A stretch of 64,000 bases of DNA from Octopus sinensis (Eukaryota): the NCBI RefSeq assembly GCF_006345805.1, contig NW_021836134.1, positions 1-64,000 of the forward strand, in the 5' to 3' direction. Under the pieces are notes generated by a model, which worked only from the letters and a program-made list of their open reading frames with translations, ran no database searches and was not told where the DNA came from. Of the stretch, positions 37,859 through 53,206 are shown piece after piece. How positions within the stretch are numbered: the stretch's first letter is position 1; every line of letters begins with the position of its first letter. The position numbers and the translations under genes were made by a program.

Positions 37859-39080
37859 ATGAGCGACTACAGTCTGATTTCCTCTGATTTGGAAAAAATA
37901 TTCAGTCAGTATTATTTATTTGAGAGGCCAAGACGACGCATTGAGTGAGTCGGAAGAGGCTTATTGGACTAATTTCGAATTGTTCGTCAACTACGTGCTC
38001 CGGGATATGAACGCCTTGGACCCTGCCTTTCACCTTCTCAACGTCAAGTTGTTCTCAAAAATCCCCGAGGCGTCTGTTTGTCTCTTGAGGTACTTTCGGG
38101 CTGACTTATTGAGATTGTCCACTCTCTCATGAACAGGCTTTGTTTGTACGTCCAGCGAGAAGTCAACAAATTTAAGTTCCTGAACCAACTTATTTGGTTA
38201 CTTTCCCCACAAGTAATCACACGTCACCATATGTCAAGTTTCTAGGCAAGTCGACCCCGGAAATGATCAAAAAACGGATTACGGAACTGTTGTATTCGTG
38301 GACTGTTGTGCACCCACGACTGGATAAGATCAAACAGGCCTACGACGAGCTTAAAAGCAAAAAGATTGTCACCGAAGACCCCCGCTATCTTTTTGAGGGA
38401 CCTTCAAAGACCCAAGAAGACTTCACCTTCGATCAGTCCTCTGTAGATGTGAGTCTCGATTGTAGAATCTAAAACAAATGCTCAACAGCAAGAATAAAAA
38501 AGACCACGTAACTGCCAATAGCATCATCCGAAAGATCTTTCAGGAGGTCTGATTTGCATATGAACTCAAATAGCACGAGACTGACATGCGCATGCAAGTA
38601 ACACAGGAACGACTGATGGAGGAGTTCTCGAATCAGTCCAAAATGTTGTCCTCCATTGCCCAGAGACTGTCCTCTCCTCCCAATTCTTCTGACCTGATTG
38701 ATATATCCCCCGAGGTGGGTCACAATTGGATGGAGCACAGTCTGGGATTCTCGGAGTTGGGTATTTGTGGAGTCGGAGGGACAGTCCTGCACCAGTCCGC
38801 AGTGACTGACTCCCTCATGTTGACTATTTACTCCTCTGAGAATGAGAGACACTTGTTTGTAGGGGTTCTCTCGAATGTGTCTCCTGAAGATATCTCACAA
38901 GTCCAGGTTGAATTGATTGACAATGTTTTTCCTCGCCCTCCATGTTAGGAGTTTGTAAGAATTGTGAAAAGTACCAATACTCACTTGCTGGCCTTCAATC
39001 CGATTACACCTTCTTCTCCGCACTTGTTTGTGTTGTCAGTTGACAAACTAAAGTCGCCTTTGGTTGGCAGTTTGGATTAG
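37859..39080 (+). CDS. GGA: GGA-family adaptor (VHS, partial GAT, GAE), unusually short
   Basis: EVNKFKFLNQLI...KRITELLYSWT...KIKQAYDELK (VHS), MLNSKNKKDHVTANSIIRKIFQE (N-GAT) and LLAFNPITP (GAE). The 3' end may extend to about 39150. Confidence 0.85.
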
Positions 39081-39307
39081 TTGTAGGTCATTCCCAAGGA
39101 CAACTGTTTTATTTCATTCGAGAGAGGGGGACAACTACAACGGGTAGTCCTCGATTTGTGTTATATATTTTATGATTTGTGATAAAGTTTTATTTTTGCG
39201 GATTTTTTGTAAGGGGGTGTCTCCCATTGGGTCATGTGTGTTGCAGACCGCGTGGTCATAAAAGTACATTAGTAAAAAAACTTCCAATTAATGTTAATAC
39301 TAGCAAA

Positions 39308-40419
39308 TTAGTCCTGGAGGGAGGAACTTTCGGATTTGGCTTCGTGCGACTCCTCGACTAAAATATTAGGCTTTGCTGACTTTACTTGAGTTATTGGATT
39401 GGTTGGAATTTGATTGAAGGAATTTCTGGGGAATTAGAATTTAATCCACCTCAAATTTAATTTCGGGAAATTCGGTCGACGGTCCGTGGAATTCGTTCCA
39501 ATACTCAAGGTCTTGTGCTGAGTCGATTTTATCAACCGTTTCGGAGGCCTGTTTATAAATTGGGTCGGTTTTATCAATCAGGACGTCTTGGAGAATTTGG
39601 GAGAACCATTCGAAATTTTCTTTGAGGAATTCAATTCGACATTCCTCAAACTTTTGGCATTCTTGAAAAACCAAATGTCATGCTTATAAATGCTTTGTTA
39701 CTGCTTTCATGTCGCTTTGGAAATCGTCTTTGGCTTTTTTTAAAGCAATGACGGCCTCTCCGTAAGCTTTTTCCGTACCTTTTTGATCATTTTCGGCAAC
39801 TTTGTATTTTTGTTGCTTTTTCCTGTCCTACAAAACGATAATCACAAATTCTCACTTCTTCGGTATCGTCGTATTTAGGCATTTGTTTAGCATTTTTCTT
39901 AAACGCCTCCAATCGGTTGGCAGCTTCCAAATATCTCTTTTTCTTGGCATTGACATCAAAACTAATTTTAACCATTTCCTTTCAATCTAATTAAGTTGTG
40001 GCGTGCTGGGGGAAACCTCAATAAATGCCTTTTTGTTCTCTTTGTGGTGATTTGTGTTTTTTAAATTAGTTTTAAACCAGTCTTTAAAAAACTCCTTCTT
40101 TCTGGTATGCACAATGCCGGTAATGCTGTGGTAAATCTTGGCCTCCTCGTTTGTGGCTGACAGCAGGTCATCCCACCCTTGTTTCATGGTCCCGTATTCG
40201 TCATCTTATAAAAGCTATTACGTGACTTGTACTTTGCATTATTTTCTTCTTATATTGTCTGGCGAGAGCATTTAAATCTCTGGCATATTTGTCCGCAAGA
40301 ATAGCTCTTTGAGTTACAAATTCGTCGAGAATTTTTACAGATTCTATTCCTGTCACTATCCTGTTAAGGGAGTCGGAATATCCTTTGGGCTTCCAAAAAT
40401 TATGGATTTCTTCTGGCAT
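39308..40419 (-). CDS. PACSIN: PACSIN/syndapin F-BAR protein, no SH3 found
   Basis: NFWKPKGYSDSLNRIVTG...QRAILADKYA and FQECQKFEECRIEFLKE...DLEYWNEFHGPSTEFPEIKFE. Stop follows about 30 aa later. Confidence 0.82.
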
Positions 40420-40556
40420 TCAAATAATGCTTTTATGTTAAATATCTATTAGCATTGGTTAGCCGGAATAAGAAAATACAGTTAAATTTAAAAAATAATC
40501 AGAAATTAAACACATTAGTTATCTAATTGAATAATATATTTAATACTTATTTAAGT

Positions 40557-41272
40557 ATGTCGCTTAACATTCCTGACGTTTACGTTGCCTCAATCAGTGC
40601 AGTTTCGAACATTGGAGATTTGACAGAGGAGGTGTCCAAAGATCTGATCAATGCATGTGTCGAATCTCTAAGAGACAATACTCTCACATGGCCTCGGGTT
40701 TGTTTGTGTAAATTCATCAAAAGTGCAAGTTCCTGTCCCAAAACTCGAGTTTCAAAAATTCCACGAGGCCATTTTATCGACGTTCTTCGAGGCCGCCAAG
40801 CAAAACTGCGACCAAGAGGAGTTTCAGTGAGCATCTCTATTACATACATAGGCGGTGTCTGGAGGATAATTTGATCGGAGATACTTTTTCTAAAGTCGCC
40901 GCACTGAAATATGCCGTTTGTGGTTTTGCTTACTGTAAGAATATCAAAGGAGAATTGAGAGGCATTCTGTCAGCCAAGTCCTTCCGATTGGGACAGATTG
41001 TGGACATTGAGTGGGTTACTGACGCCGTGCTTGAGGTAGTCGAATTGGAATATATCAGACAAATGTTCGCCACACTGTCGACAGTGCCTCGGTTAGTATT
41101 GCGCTCTGTGTTCAAGTTTGGTTGGTTATCGCACGTTTAGGAACAGAATCAATTGAGACGGATCAGATTTAAGTGCAACACCACTCAACTACAGGTTGTG
41201 CACTCCACACACTCGTAGTTCCTACTGTCCGAGTTGCACTCTATGCTCAACACAATCCAAACTTATCTTTGA
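40557..41272 (+). CDS. COMMD3: COMM domain-containing protein 3
   Basis: HEAILSTFFEAAKQ, IVDIEWVTD and IRFKCNTTQLQ|FLLSEL match COMMD3 (HAAAATYILEAGKH; ITDVSWRL; FSCSMEQLQDLV). Confidence 0.75.
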
Positions 41273-41794
41273 TTGCACTTACTACATTTTATGATAGTAA
41301 ACGTTTTCGATTTTCAATAATACATTTTTTCATAACCCCCAAGTTGCACATCATAGTGGAAACTTAGGCACAAACAACAGTCATAACTAGCTAATCGGAA
41401 GCAGAGACAGAAGAAAAGAGTAGTTTGTGCCGATCGACATATACGTCCTAATCTTTATTCAAAGAGGTGGGGAGATGGTAGAGACCCAGTTCCAATTTAT
41501 GTCAATTTCCTACCGTCGCTGACCGAACTTGATTTGTTTCTCAAAATTTTTCATTGGTAATGTAAATCAGGGAGGTAAAAGATCCCCTTCTAAAAACTGT
41601 GTTGTGGCAGAAGGACTCGCCGTCTTACGGAAAGTAAACAAGATTAACTCTAGCTCAAAAGTAGCCTCTTTTGTACTCGAACCCACGACGGCCCTACTCC
41701 AGCATCCCAAGCATACTCTTCAGCCAACAGGACTACATTTAATGATAATGAGGGTGGCATTTTAAGAATTGAAAGACAATCAAATAGTTATATT

Positions 41795-43082
41795 TTACGA
41801 AAAGGGAAATTTTTTTTCAATTTGAATGAGATCATCCAACAGTTTTCCCCAGGAGGATTCATCCACGCGCCGTGGAACGTGCGACAAAATACGAACCCTT
41901 TCGGCAATCTGATCTATTTTTGCATGAACAAGTCCCGACTGGGTGGCTGTGACATAAAATGAAAGAAATCAACCAGAAATGACAAAACTGTCGACCTGAT
42001 CAGATTCAAGATCTAATTGCTTCTGAAGTGTCTCAAATGTGAACACTTTCACCCCCGAATTGGCCATATCAAGAAATGTCAACACCCTCATCTTCATCCG
42101 TGCATCGGAATGTGATATATCTAACAATGACCAGAACAACCCGACCATATTCATCAAACAAGCACTTGTTATTCAGATAGAACTCATCAAACTCCGTCAA
42201 CCCCGTGCTATAAACACATTCAACAACTAACACAGATATAACAGTCGAATAATCACCTCAGCAATCCTGGGACTCTCTGGCTGGGTGGAAAAACTCCTAA
42301 AAGGGTAGAACAGGAAAAAAAGCGGATCTTTGATACATTTGACAATAATCCTAGACTAAACAACACTCACAGACCTGACTAGTCTGTCTGGTGCACACTC
42401 AGTCACACGAAGGGACTCGATGAGGGTAACCACACCTTCGTGACTGCCATTGACACCCTCCAATTAACCTCATTTCGCAATTTTCGTAAATCTGGGCCAA
42501 CTTGTCGTACAAAAGAACCACGTCGGAGGAAGCAAGTCGATAATTCTTGACCACATTACCGAGCTTGATATGACAGAGGACTCACTTCTTTACTGTCCAG
42601 TCGGTTGTACTCCAAGGCAGCAATAGTCCGGCAGAGGTCCAGTATGGAGGAGTACACACACGTCGCTATTTCTGAGGCTGAACTAGCGACCGAGAGTATC
42701 ACTTTGAGTCTAAAATGGGACAGTCAGTCTCACATTCTGAATTTATTTAACGACTTTCCGATTGACAGATGGGTCACAAAATCCACGAGTTTTTTCAGTT
42801 TGAGGAATCAGACTTGGACAGGTTGGCAGCCAAATAAATAATGCTTTCGACGTCTGGAATAAATATGAACAGGCACAACCGAATGAGGACTCCACACACT
42901 GCCATGTCTCGTAGAATGAAGGGTCCAGGTAAGTCAATATTTCAGGGACCGATTTTATGTCCTCGGAGAAATTGTTGTTTGAAAGGAATGTGTTTATTTC
43001 CTTGATCTTTGTTTATAATTACATATTTCGGATACTATACCATCACATTGTCGTTAACAGTCACATAAAACACAGACGACAT
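41795..43082 (-). CDS. EIF3M: Eukaryotic translation initiation factor 3 subunit M (PCI domain)
   Basis: DARMKMRVLTFLDMA...TFETLQKQLDLESDQVDSFVI, KIDQIAERV and IVKCIKDP. Exact stop is uncertain. Confidence 0.88.
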
Positions 43083-43158
43083 TACAAAATTCAACGTGCA
43101 CTGTTTACTATTTAATTAATAATTATACATAAGCATAATTTATTTATTTTATAACTAA

Positions 43159-44836
43159 AGTCAAACCCCTTCAAAACGACTTCTCGGAATACCGAAATTC
43201 TCTTAAAACTGGACTAAACTTCTGATCCCGATTCATCTTATACCCCATCACTTTATCTTTTGATATTTCGGATCTTCTCTATTTTGAATACCAGCTGTAT
43301 TTTGTTGTTCCAACTTGAATTTTCTTTTATTATAAACTGGCCTTCTGAGATCAATATTTTGTCTAATCTTATTGTCTTTAGCTTTGAATTGTAATAAAGA
43401 TATATTCAAACAACTCGACAAAAAAGCAAAAAATAAAAGATGATAGCTCCGCGATGAAAACGATTACGTTGCGAATTGTCTTCAATGGAGAACATTCAAA
43501 TAATAAACACACCTAAGCTGACACAAAAATGTCTCAGCATGAAGTATGGATTTGGATGAAGCATTGTATCAGAAGTATTTAAAAAGACTGATATTGATTT
43601 GGAATTATTAAATAACAACGCAAATTCTGTTAGAAAACGTTTTGACAACAACAAATTTGAATAAAATCACTTAGGAGTGGTTTCAAAACCTTTTGTTTGT
43701 CAGGACTAATTATTATTGCAAAAGCTACAGAGCTTGCTAAAGCACTCGTGGAAATGATTATAAACCTTCCACTGGCTGGTTATGAAAGTGGAAGTTTTGT
43801 TACTCAATTCAGTCGTACTGCATCAGTGGTGAAAAAGCAAATGTTGACAGTAACGTTGTTTCTGAGTGAATGGAACGTGTACCTTTTCTAATTGAAGGAC
43901 ATCGACCAGAGGATATATTGAACTGCGACGAAACTAGACTATTCCAAGAAAGAATCATCGTGCCCTTCCTGATCAAACACTATCAGTAAGAAGTAGTCAT
44001 CACAGTGGATCAAAGAAGTCAAAGGAACGTTCTACTGTGATACTTGCAGGAGAAAAGCTAAAGCCAATTGTAATTGACAAATCTCGAGAACCCTCACGTT
44101 TTCAAAATATTAATCTGAATAAGTTACATGTTACTGCTTTAATGTTAAAGCCTGGGCAAGATCAAAATTGTTTTTAAAGTGATTGCAAATGTGAATATGC
44201 AGATGCACCAGAAACCAAAAATTACTATTATTTGGATAATATAGCATCACATTTACAAAAAATATTCGAACGTGAAACTAAAATTTATTCCAACTAACAC
44301 AATGAGTATCATACAGGCTCTGATCAAGGAATTATTCGCCCATTTAACGAAAGATACAGAAGACTACTAATACCTCCATGAATAGACTAGTCGATAATCC
44401 AATGACAGAAAAATAATTTGTTAACAGATTTGAAAGATTTGAAAGTACTCAGTGAAAATCGAAAACTAGTTAGGCAATACCAAACAGTCTCAGCTTCTAA
44501 AGATAATGCCTGACTCAGATTCTGATAAGCAAACAGAACTAAAAACATAAAGAGAAATTAACACGCAAAAATGTTCAAAAAATGCTAGACCAAATCTGTC
44601 ACTTTGCATGCATCCAACACCCTGCATTACTTGATCACGTCAACAGACTGATTCATCTGAACAATAAAGCGATTGCTGAATCGAAACAAAATATGAGGCA
44701 ATCTTTATTCTATTAATTTTCCTGTTTCATTTTTTGTTATAAGTAAATTTAATGACTTGTTCAATATATCGACCTCCTCTTTATACCAGACAATTCTATC
44801 AGTCTCGAGAGGAATCGGTTTAAAGGGGTTTGATTT
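43159..44836 (+). mobile_element. Pogo/Tigger-type (CENP-B/DDE_1) DNA transposon relic
   Basis: Ends AGTCAAACCCCTTCAAAACGA and ...TCGGTTTAAAGGGGTTTGA (imperfect TIRs). Decayed KATELAKAL...STGWL, PEDILNCDETRLF and SKKSKERSTV...GEKLKPIVI. Confidence 0.75.
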
Positions 44837-47583
44837 TAATTTAAATTAACCTACTTTTGTGAAAAGTACTAATATCAACACGTCCACTATAAATGAGTAT
44901 TTGCAAAAGACAACATTATACAAACCACTTTTAAAACATTAAATCCAAAGCGCTATTTTTTATTTCAACTTTTGAAATTTTGTTTGACGACAGTCTCTCT
45001 TTTCTTTTGTATTGTTAAAGAATAGGAACAATCACGATTTTCATCATTACCATGCATTTAATAGTTATTGACCCCAACTATCTGTAAAAATAACTTTCGG
45101 GATTCTGTCCAGACTATGTTTAAATTTATAATAAAAACACTAAGACCGCCAGAAAAGAATGTTAAGATAACTAGGTTAGGTAATCCTGAGTTTTAATATT
45201 CCTTTATTGCATGTCCCCCTAGCGATCCAACTAGAGTTCAGGCGTCTCTTCTGTAGAATTATTCAATTGAACTGTAATGTTGATCCAAATTTCTTTGTCT
45301 TGTTAACCCTTTCTCTCACTGGGTTTTGCGACTCTTTGCATAAACGTAGAAAACCTCGCCCGTCTTTCAAGCCCGTCTTTCAAACCCGCTTTCTTAATGC
45401 GCTAATTCTGAAAGAGGAAAGAACAAATTTCCTAGCGGAGCAGCCACACAGATTACTGATTGCAACAGATGGGTTAGATTTACGTCTCAATTATTAATAA
45501 TAGATACTCAGTTTCATGATGAAAATGGCTTGGCATCCAGTGCTCATAATATTACTTTCCTGACAGCAGATGGTGTAAAAAATCGCGCTTGCAAGGAGAA
45601 CAAGTTTTGGAATCAGTTTTAAGTCCTAATTTTACGAACGAAGTGTTATTTTTTTCAAGTTTATGTATGTTAAGTCATGTCTGTTATTAAATCTCCGACC
45701 AATTTAGAATTGTATTGTTTCTATTCCATTTTTCTTCCAAGGTGCGTTCATAGTATCTTAATAAGTATAAAAAGCTTAAAACATATAAAAAAGATGAAGT
45801 TCCTTCAATCTCTCCAAAATCAATTGACTAGTTCCTGTTTTATCAAATTTAACTTCCAAATTTTTAAAAGAGTCTCTGAGTTTGACAGAAACCGCGGATC
45901 CTCGCGACTTGAACGAAACAATTTGATTCCACATAATTTTCAGCCCAACATTTCTTACAGGAATACAAATTCCCATCACAGACACTCCAAACAAGATAGG
46001 CATATTCATGTAGAACTAAAAATCTAAAAATCCGACTCAAAAGTGACAACCCCACTATAGAATTCTACTCCATACAACGAATGCTTCGTGGCCATAAAGA
46101 GCAAACTCAGTTTTGAGGCCAGTAAATCTCGATTTTTGAATCTAAGCAAATTAAATGATTTATTTAGCAATGATTTAATGAACCATATAAACATATTAGA
46201 TATTCATACGGAAATGGGTTTTTTATGTGTTCCCAAATAATTTTGTCTGTGCCCTTTTCTTTTTCTGGGGAGAATCTTTCAATAAAGAATGCGTGGTCCA
46301 CAATTTTCAGAATATACGAGCAAATCGGTCTTAAATGAAAATAAATGCTTATACGTCTTTTTTATTAATAAATCGTTCAATATTTGATGTAAAATAAGAT
46401 CACTAAAACGTCGAATGTTTTAAAATACATTGTTTTAGGCGAATTTTTAAGTTTATCCATGGAGTGGTGGGAATAAAATTTGGGTAAAAAATCAAGTCGA
46501 AGTACATCTAGAATTAGAATTTTTGAAACTATAACTTTTTTCGGACACATATTTGAAAAGTTGGGCTTTTTCATCCACCCACCACTAAACATTAAATGGC
46601 ACAAATGTATCCTTATCATATTTAAAAGAAAACCAATTCAGATAATCTAATCCAAGTTTATTGGCAACATAAACTTTGATTTCGTAAAGTTTTGTCGTCT
46701 TCTATTATTTGATGAAAGAAGAAAATTATTTTACCGGATAATTGCAGGCAATTGTTCTACTAATTGGCGTGGATACATAACATTGACAGTTTTTGTGCTT
46801 TGACAGCATCCTCAATAGAAATGCAATAACGGATTTATATCATTAAAAGCAACATATGGCATACTTAATTGAGGAGAAGCTCTCAACTTGCACGTAGCCA
46901 CTCATTTTAGGGCAATTAGAAAAACATTTCAGATTTATTTGCTTTAATCAACTTAATATTGATAATTTGACGGAAATATCGACAAAAATGTTATCTTCCA
47001 TTTTCAAGACAGTCTTTGAAATACGTGTTCTTTTGTCTCTCTAGTCCACAATCCAGAGCAAGATTGTCTCAGATTAAGAAATGTGGGCGAAAAAAACCCT
47101 ATTTGAGAAAGTTAGGATGATTTTGTACCTTATGATTAAAATATATTCATAATCGAGCCAGTATTGTAATAAAGAACCAGGGCATATAAAGATTCGAAAC
47201 ATTAACGTCGGAAATCTTGCACATTAGCTGTCAGGAAAAGTCGAAAAAGTTAAATTGATGACAAATTATCCTTGAAATGGGACTTCAATGTCATAAATAA
47301 TGAAAAGAAAATAATCTATAGGTGGATTCGGGGTTTTCTCTGAATTGGTGATAATATGAATGTGTCGTAGTTAACAATCAGTCAGAGATGGCAAAGCGTA
47401 GTGAGGAAAGTGTACTTTGGCGAGTTGTACTTTGTTTGAACGTAACGCGCATTCATCAAATCATGCCGGCGCAGAATTAGATAGAAAAATTAAAGTTGTC
47501 GCTTAAGCGTGAACTATTAGCGTTAGGTTGGTCTACCACATTTACCACATTCAATTTCTGTGTTTATATCCATATTAGATATT

Positions 47584-49046
<1,463 letters not shown>

Positions 49047-50992
49047 AAATGCACTTATAGAGTTAATCTTCATATTTTCTTTAAACTATATTTTAAAATT
49101 ATTGGGTGGTTTTCTTTTATTTTCGAAAATTTAATTTTTTTGATAACAATGAATGTAAAACAATAGCTGAATTCAATTAATGTTAATGTAATTTTTTCAA
49201 ATAAACTTAATGGTTTTGAAGTTTTTACTTTATTGAATTATCAACACTTTTAGAATTTGGGATGGTAAACAAGTCCCAGGGAAAACTAAAGAAGAAAATT
49301 CCGTACAACGACTTGAAGGAGAATAAATTAATTGATTCGTTCCTTTGAATATCCAATTTCAAAAGGTACTTTTATAAATTTTTAACATTAATCGAAAATT
49401 TAATGTATTTGCTGCACGTTATAAATTTGATACTTTTGGATTTGGATTTTAATATTTTATCTAAGTTTTTACAATCTGCTATCATAATAAGATTATCTAC
49501 AAAGCAATTAGAGTTAATCTTGATTTAAAGATTAAGATTATACATTGATAATTTAATAGATATACAAAATATTGAATTTTTTAAAAAATTGTCTTTTTTG
49601 CCTGTGTTTGAATTGACCCCACCTTGCAGAGAGAATCAAACTAACAAATAGTGAGAAACACAACCGAGACCACCAAACATCCGAATATCAAATAGTGGTT
49701 GATTTACTGGATTTACTGCATTTTATGTCGCTATGTTTCTTGAATCGATAAAAAAACTTTGTTTTTGACTGCTATGATCTGACATAACTGGATAACCCAG
49801 AAGAAAAATTTAGTTATGACAAACAAATAATTCGGTACTCAAACATTTCCAATATTAATACAAAATTCAAAACCTTATGTTCCTTCCAAAGAGTTAGGAG
49901 TTTAAGGATAGGAGTGGAAATTAAAAGTAGGTACTTTTTCAGAAACAATGCTGAATCAAAATTTCAAATTTAATGTAAAAATAATCTCCGAGCTGAACTT
50001 TTATTGTTAGCTTTTTTTCGATTAAAAGCACTTGAAGAATCGATGGCTCTTATTTGTAGAAATTCCCAGATTGGGATTATTAAAGACTCACTAAATCACA
50101 ATTGGGATAACAAAAGAAGATGTTTCCAGAACGAACAGACACGAGATGTTCAGAAAAAGAGATGTGTCGTTCATTACGTCATGATACATTTTGTATCCTG
50201 GAGTAAATACAATTATTCGGAAAAATTTTTAAAACTTTTTTTTTACAAATGTCGACTTGATATGAAATCTCACTTTATTCTTAAACCTGATAGTTACATA
50301 AAATAAGACTGGAGTGCAGAACATACTCACGAAGGCATTTAAATTAGTATTAATCTGCTCATTGAGAAATAAATTAAGTCGCCATACTTTTTACAAAAGA
50401 CTGATCTTACGAGTTTTTTAACGAGTCTCAATCATTGTGCACACATAAAACAAGTCACTAAATTTTTTGGAATTAGCCAGTGATGCCAGAAAACTAAACC
50501 TACATTTTAAATTATTTAATTTGATAATATATTGATATTAAAACAATTTTGACATGTTCAAGTAAAATATTAAATAAAAAAAAAATAAATATTAAATTAC
50601 AACTGATGTTTTGTGGTGATGATATTATCACCTCTATCAAAGACGAATTTTACGAAAATCTCAAATCTCTAAATTTTTTCATACCAAAAAAATGGGGAAT
50701 CACCTGTCAACTAACACGGTAAGAACTATAAAAGTCAACTGAAAGAGACATGTTTGATAAACCCGATTCGAAAATAGCCCAGACAGTAATAATATTCATC
50801 CTCTCGTGCATAAACGCCAAGAGAGCACAAGACGACTTCAAGTTCTGACATTGCCTTAGTGTAGAATCTTCTTACCAATCAAGGACGACAAAACCACGTT
50901 GATAGAGTTTAGAAAAAGAGTTAAAAAGTGGATCACGGAAATAAAGACCGAGCCCGAACTGGCCTTTAACAAACACTTCCTTTAACAACACT

Positions 50993-51806
50993 TCCAATGC
51001 TTGGATCTTCCCGTTTTTGTTGGCCTTCGTTGTTACAGTTTTTTATCATCCCTCTCCTCTCTGGCCCTCCGACTGAATTTGACATGTCTTGATGTAGTTG
51101 ATATTGTAGGTCGACCAGTCCTCCGCATTGGAGGGGATTCCCAACTTATGAGGGCACTGACTCGGCAAATGAACGTAGAATTGCCATTTTGAGGATTCCT
51201 ACAATCGTTGGTCTGTTTTTAACGAGTAAGTCATAATATGTCATTTTTGGTATTTAATCCACGAAATCGAGGATATCAAGACCCGAATTACTCAACTTGG
51301 TTCGAAATATAACCAAATTGGTCAGAAACACGAAGATTTGACGTGGCTGCGACTCGTCGACGTGGAGATTGAGCAGACTACAGTCCCCCGCGGAGGACTC
51401 CCCAATCTCACATTCCGCCCCGATTCAATTCCCTCTCAAACACAATTAATTCCCTATTTGAACTGAGTGCTTGTCTTTCTACTAAAAATGGGATTGCTGG
51501 ACATCTCAGACAAACAATTGACTCATTATGGAGGAAGTAGATTTCACGGTGTTAGGGAATGTGGTTGTATGTTGGCAGTAAGGAGGTGGATTCGCTGTTT
51601 GAGTCAAAATATCCGGACAGGGAATTTTACACAGTCCGAGTGGATTGTGGCACTGAAAAGACAGTCGACGTTCTTTGATTGAGGAGGTTATGGAGAGATG
51701 TGATAGAAATTATGAGAAATTGGAGGATATTGTACATTCAGTGAGGAATCAGCAATTTGAGGTGTATGATTCTCCTATGTGTGAGGTTGTTGTGGAATAT
51801 GAATAA
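50993..51806 (+). CDS. Hypothetical protein (hydrophobic N-terminus, coiled coil)
   Basis: Gene-like GC content and mini-introns. Ends ...NQQFEVYDSPMCEVVVEYE*. Unassigned; start uncertain. Confidence 0.4.
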
Positions 51807-52315
51807 AACATGTTCAATTTTATTGTTTAACATATTTGAATTGTTTAAAGAAAAATCGAGGATTTGTGTTTGGACGTTTATTGTGATTCCCATTTTTTGA
51901 TTTTAGATTTATTAGGTTATTGGAACAATTTTTACAACTCAACTAATAAGTTTATCCATCGAAGTGAGTGTCCCCATTGGAGGGTCAGAACATGGTTGAT
52001 AGGCATTAAGAGGGATATCCTGGCAACAGATTGGCTATACGATATCCATTAAGTGTGTCGTCAGGTGTACGACAGAAACCAGTGCCACTTATCAATTGTT
52101 AAATAAATAGATTTTTGTACACTTTTTTAAATAATCAATAAATATCAGTTTTTGATAAATTTTATTCTAACATCATTATCATCGATCAGTCATGTCGTGT
52201 ACTCTTCACACAATCGTACTAAACAGATTAATTGAAGATATGTATTAAATTATCAGTTTATGGATTTTGTGTTTATTAAATAAATAATTTAAATTTTAAT
52301 GCAATTCTCGTGGAC

Positions 52316-53206
52316 ATGATTAGGAGGAGAATCGGATTCGAGCCTTGTGGAATAATATCGATGGTCCTGGCCTACATTCTCATCGTATTTGGGGAATATG
52401 CCACCTGTGTGGTCATTATTCATTCATAGTCACCAACATGTAAGGCCAACCATAACCACAGATTTGTCCGTGTGTTTTTTGAGTTTATTCTACTCTTTCT
52501 TCTCAGTCATGTCCTCATCTTCCACACCCTCTCCTTCCTCACAGATCCTGGGACCTTCACCGTCCTTTCCAACATAGAAGCCGACGTAACCACCCTCTCT
52601 GACCTGTAGAGACACAGAGGGTGGAATGTGTGTGGAAAATGTGGCCTACTGAGACCCCCTCGTGCCCCACCACTGCAGCACGTGCAATGTGTGTATTTAC
52701 GGAATGGACCACCACTGTCCCTGGTTACCCCTCCTCCTCATTCTTAGGATTAACAACTGTGTGGGACAGATGAACAAGAAGTACTTTATTCATTCATTCA
52801 CTTTCTACATTGGTCTGCTGTGTGTGTGATTGTAGCACTGAGTTGTCTATTCTCCCTTCTGGCCACAGTCGCCCTCTTCGCCAAATACCCTCTGGTGGAG
52901 ATTACTCGGACTATGTCCTTGTATATGGTCGTGCTCGTCCTCCTACTGTGTGCTCGCTCTTTCTTTTATTTACTGTTTTGATTACTGCCAATCAGGTTGT
53001 GTTGTGTAGGATGGGTGTAGATTTGGTCCATATTCACGCAGAGGACTAAATTGATATTTATACTGCTAGGAAGACCGACATCCTCTTCCGCAGGCGGAAC
53101 AGTCCCGTTTTGAGGCCTTCAAGTCAGTGATGGGTTCTGGGCTTATTCATGGGTGTGTCCAACCAGACAGTCCCTCACAGTGGAAGAACTCTTACAAAAT
53201 AGCTAA
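52316..53206 (+). CDS. ZDHHC3: DHHC palmitoyltransferase, ZDHHC3/7-like
   Basis: FEPCGII..., [35 protein letters not shown]|[13 protein letters not shown]. Stop position approximate. Confidence 0.9.

Noticed and set aside
41400-41762. Possible small gene immediately downstream of eIF3m (MPPSLSLNVVLL...)
   Set aside because: Has plausible GT-AG segments but no consistent frame or family; it may be the eIF3m 3' end or UTR.
42920-42940. ACTTACCTGG (U1 snRNA 5'-like) on the minus strand
   Set aside because: Lies inside eIF3m coding sequence (LTYLD), with no U1 stem-loops or Sm site.
43200-43500. Apparent secreted or neuropeptide-like ORF on the minus strand
   Set aside because: Falls within the left end of the Tigger relic and needs frameshifts to assemble.
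45050-46700. Possible Ig-like type I membrane protein on the minus strand
   Set aside because: A hydrophobic stretch and beta-rich fragments exist, but I could not build a coherent spliced frame.
49140-49560. Polinton/Maverick pPolB-like fragment (DGKQVPGKTKEE...FVPL)
   Set aside because: Resemblance is limited to a few residues in very AT-rich, stop-ridden DNA; it needs an HMM search.
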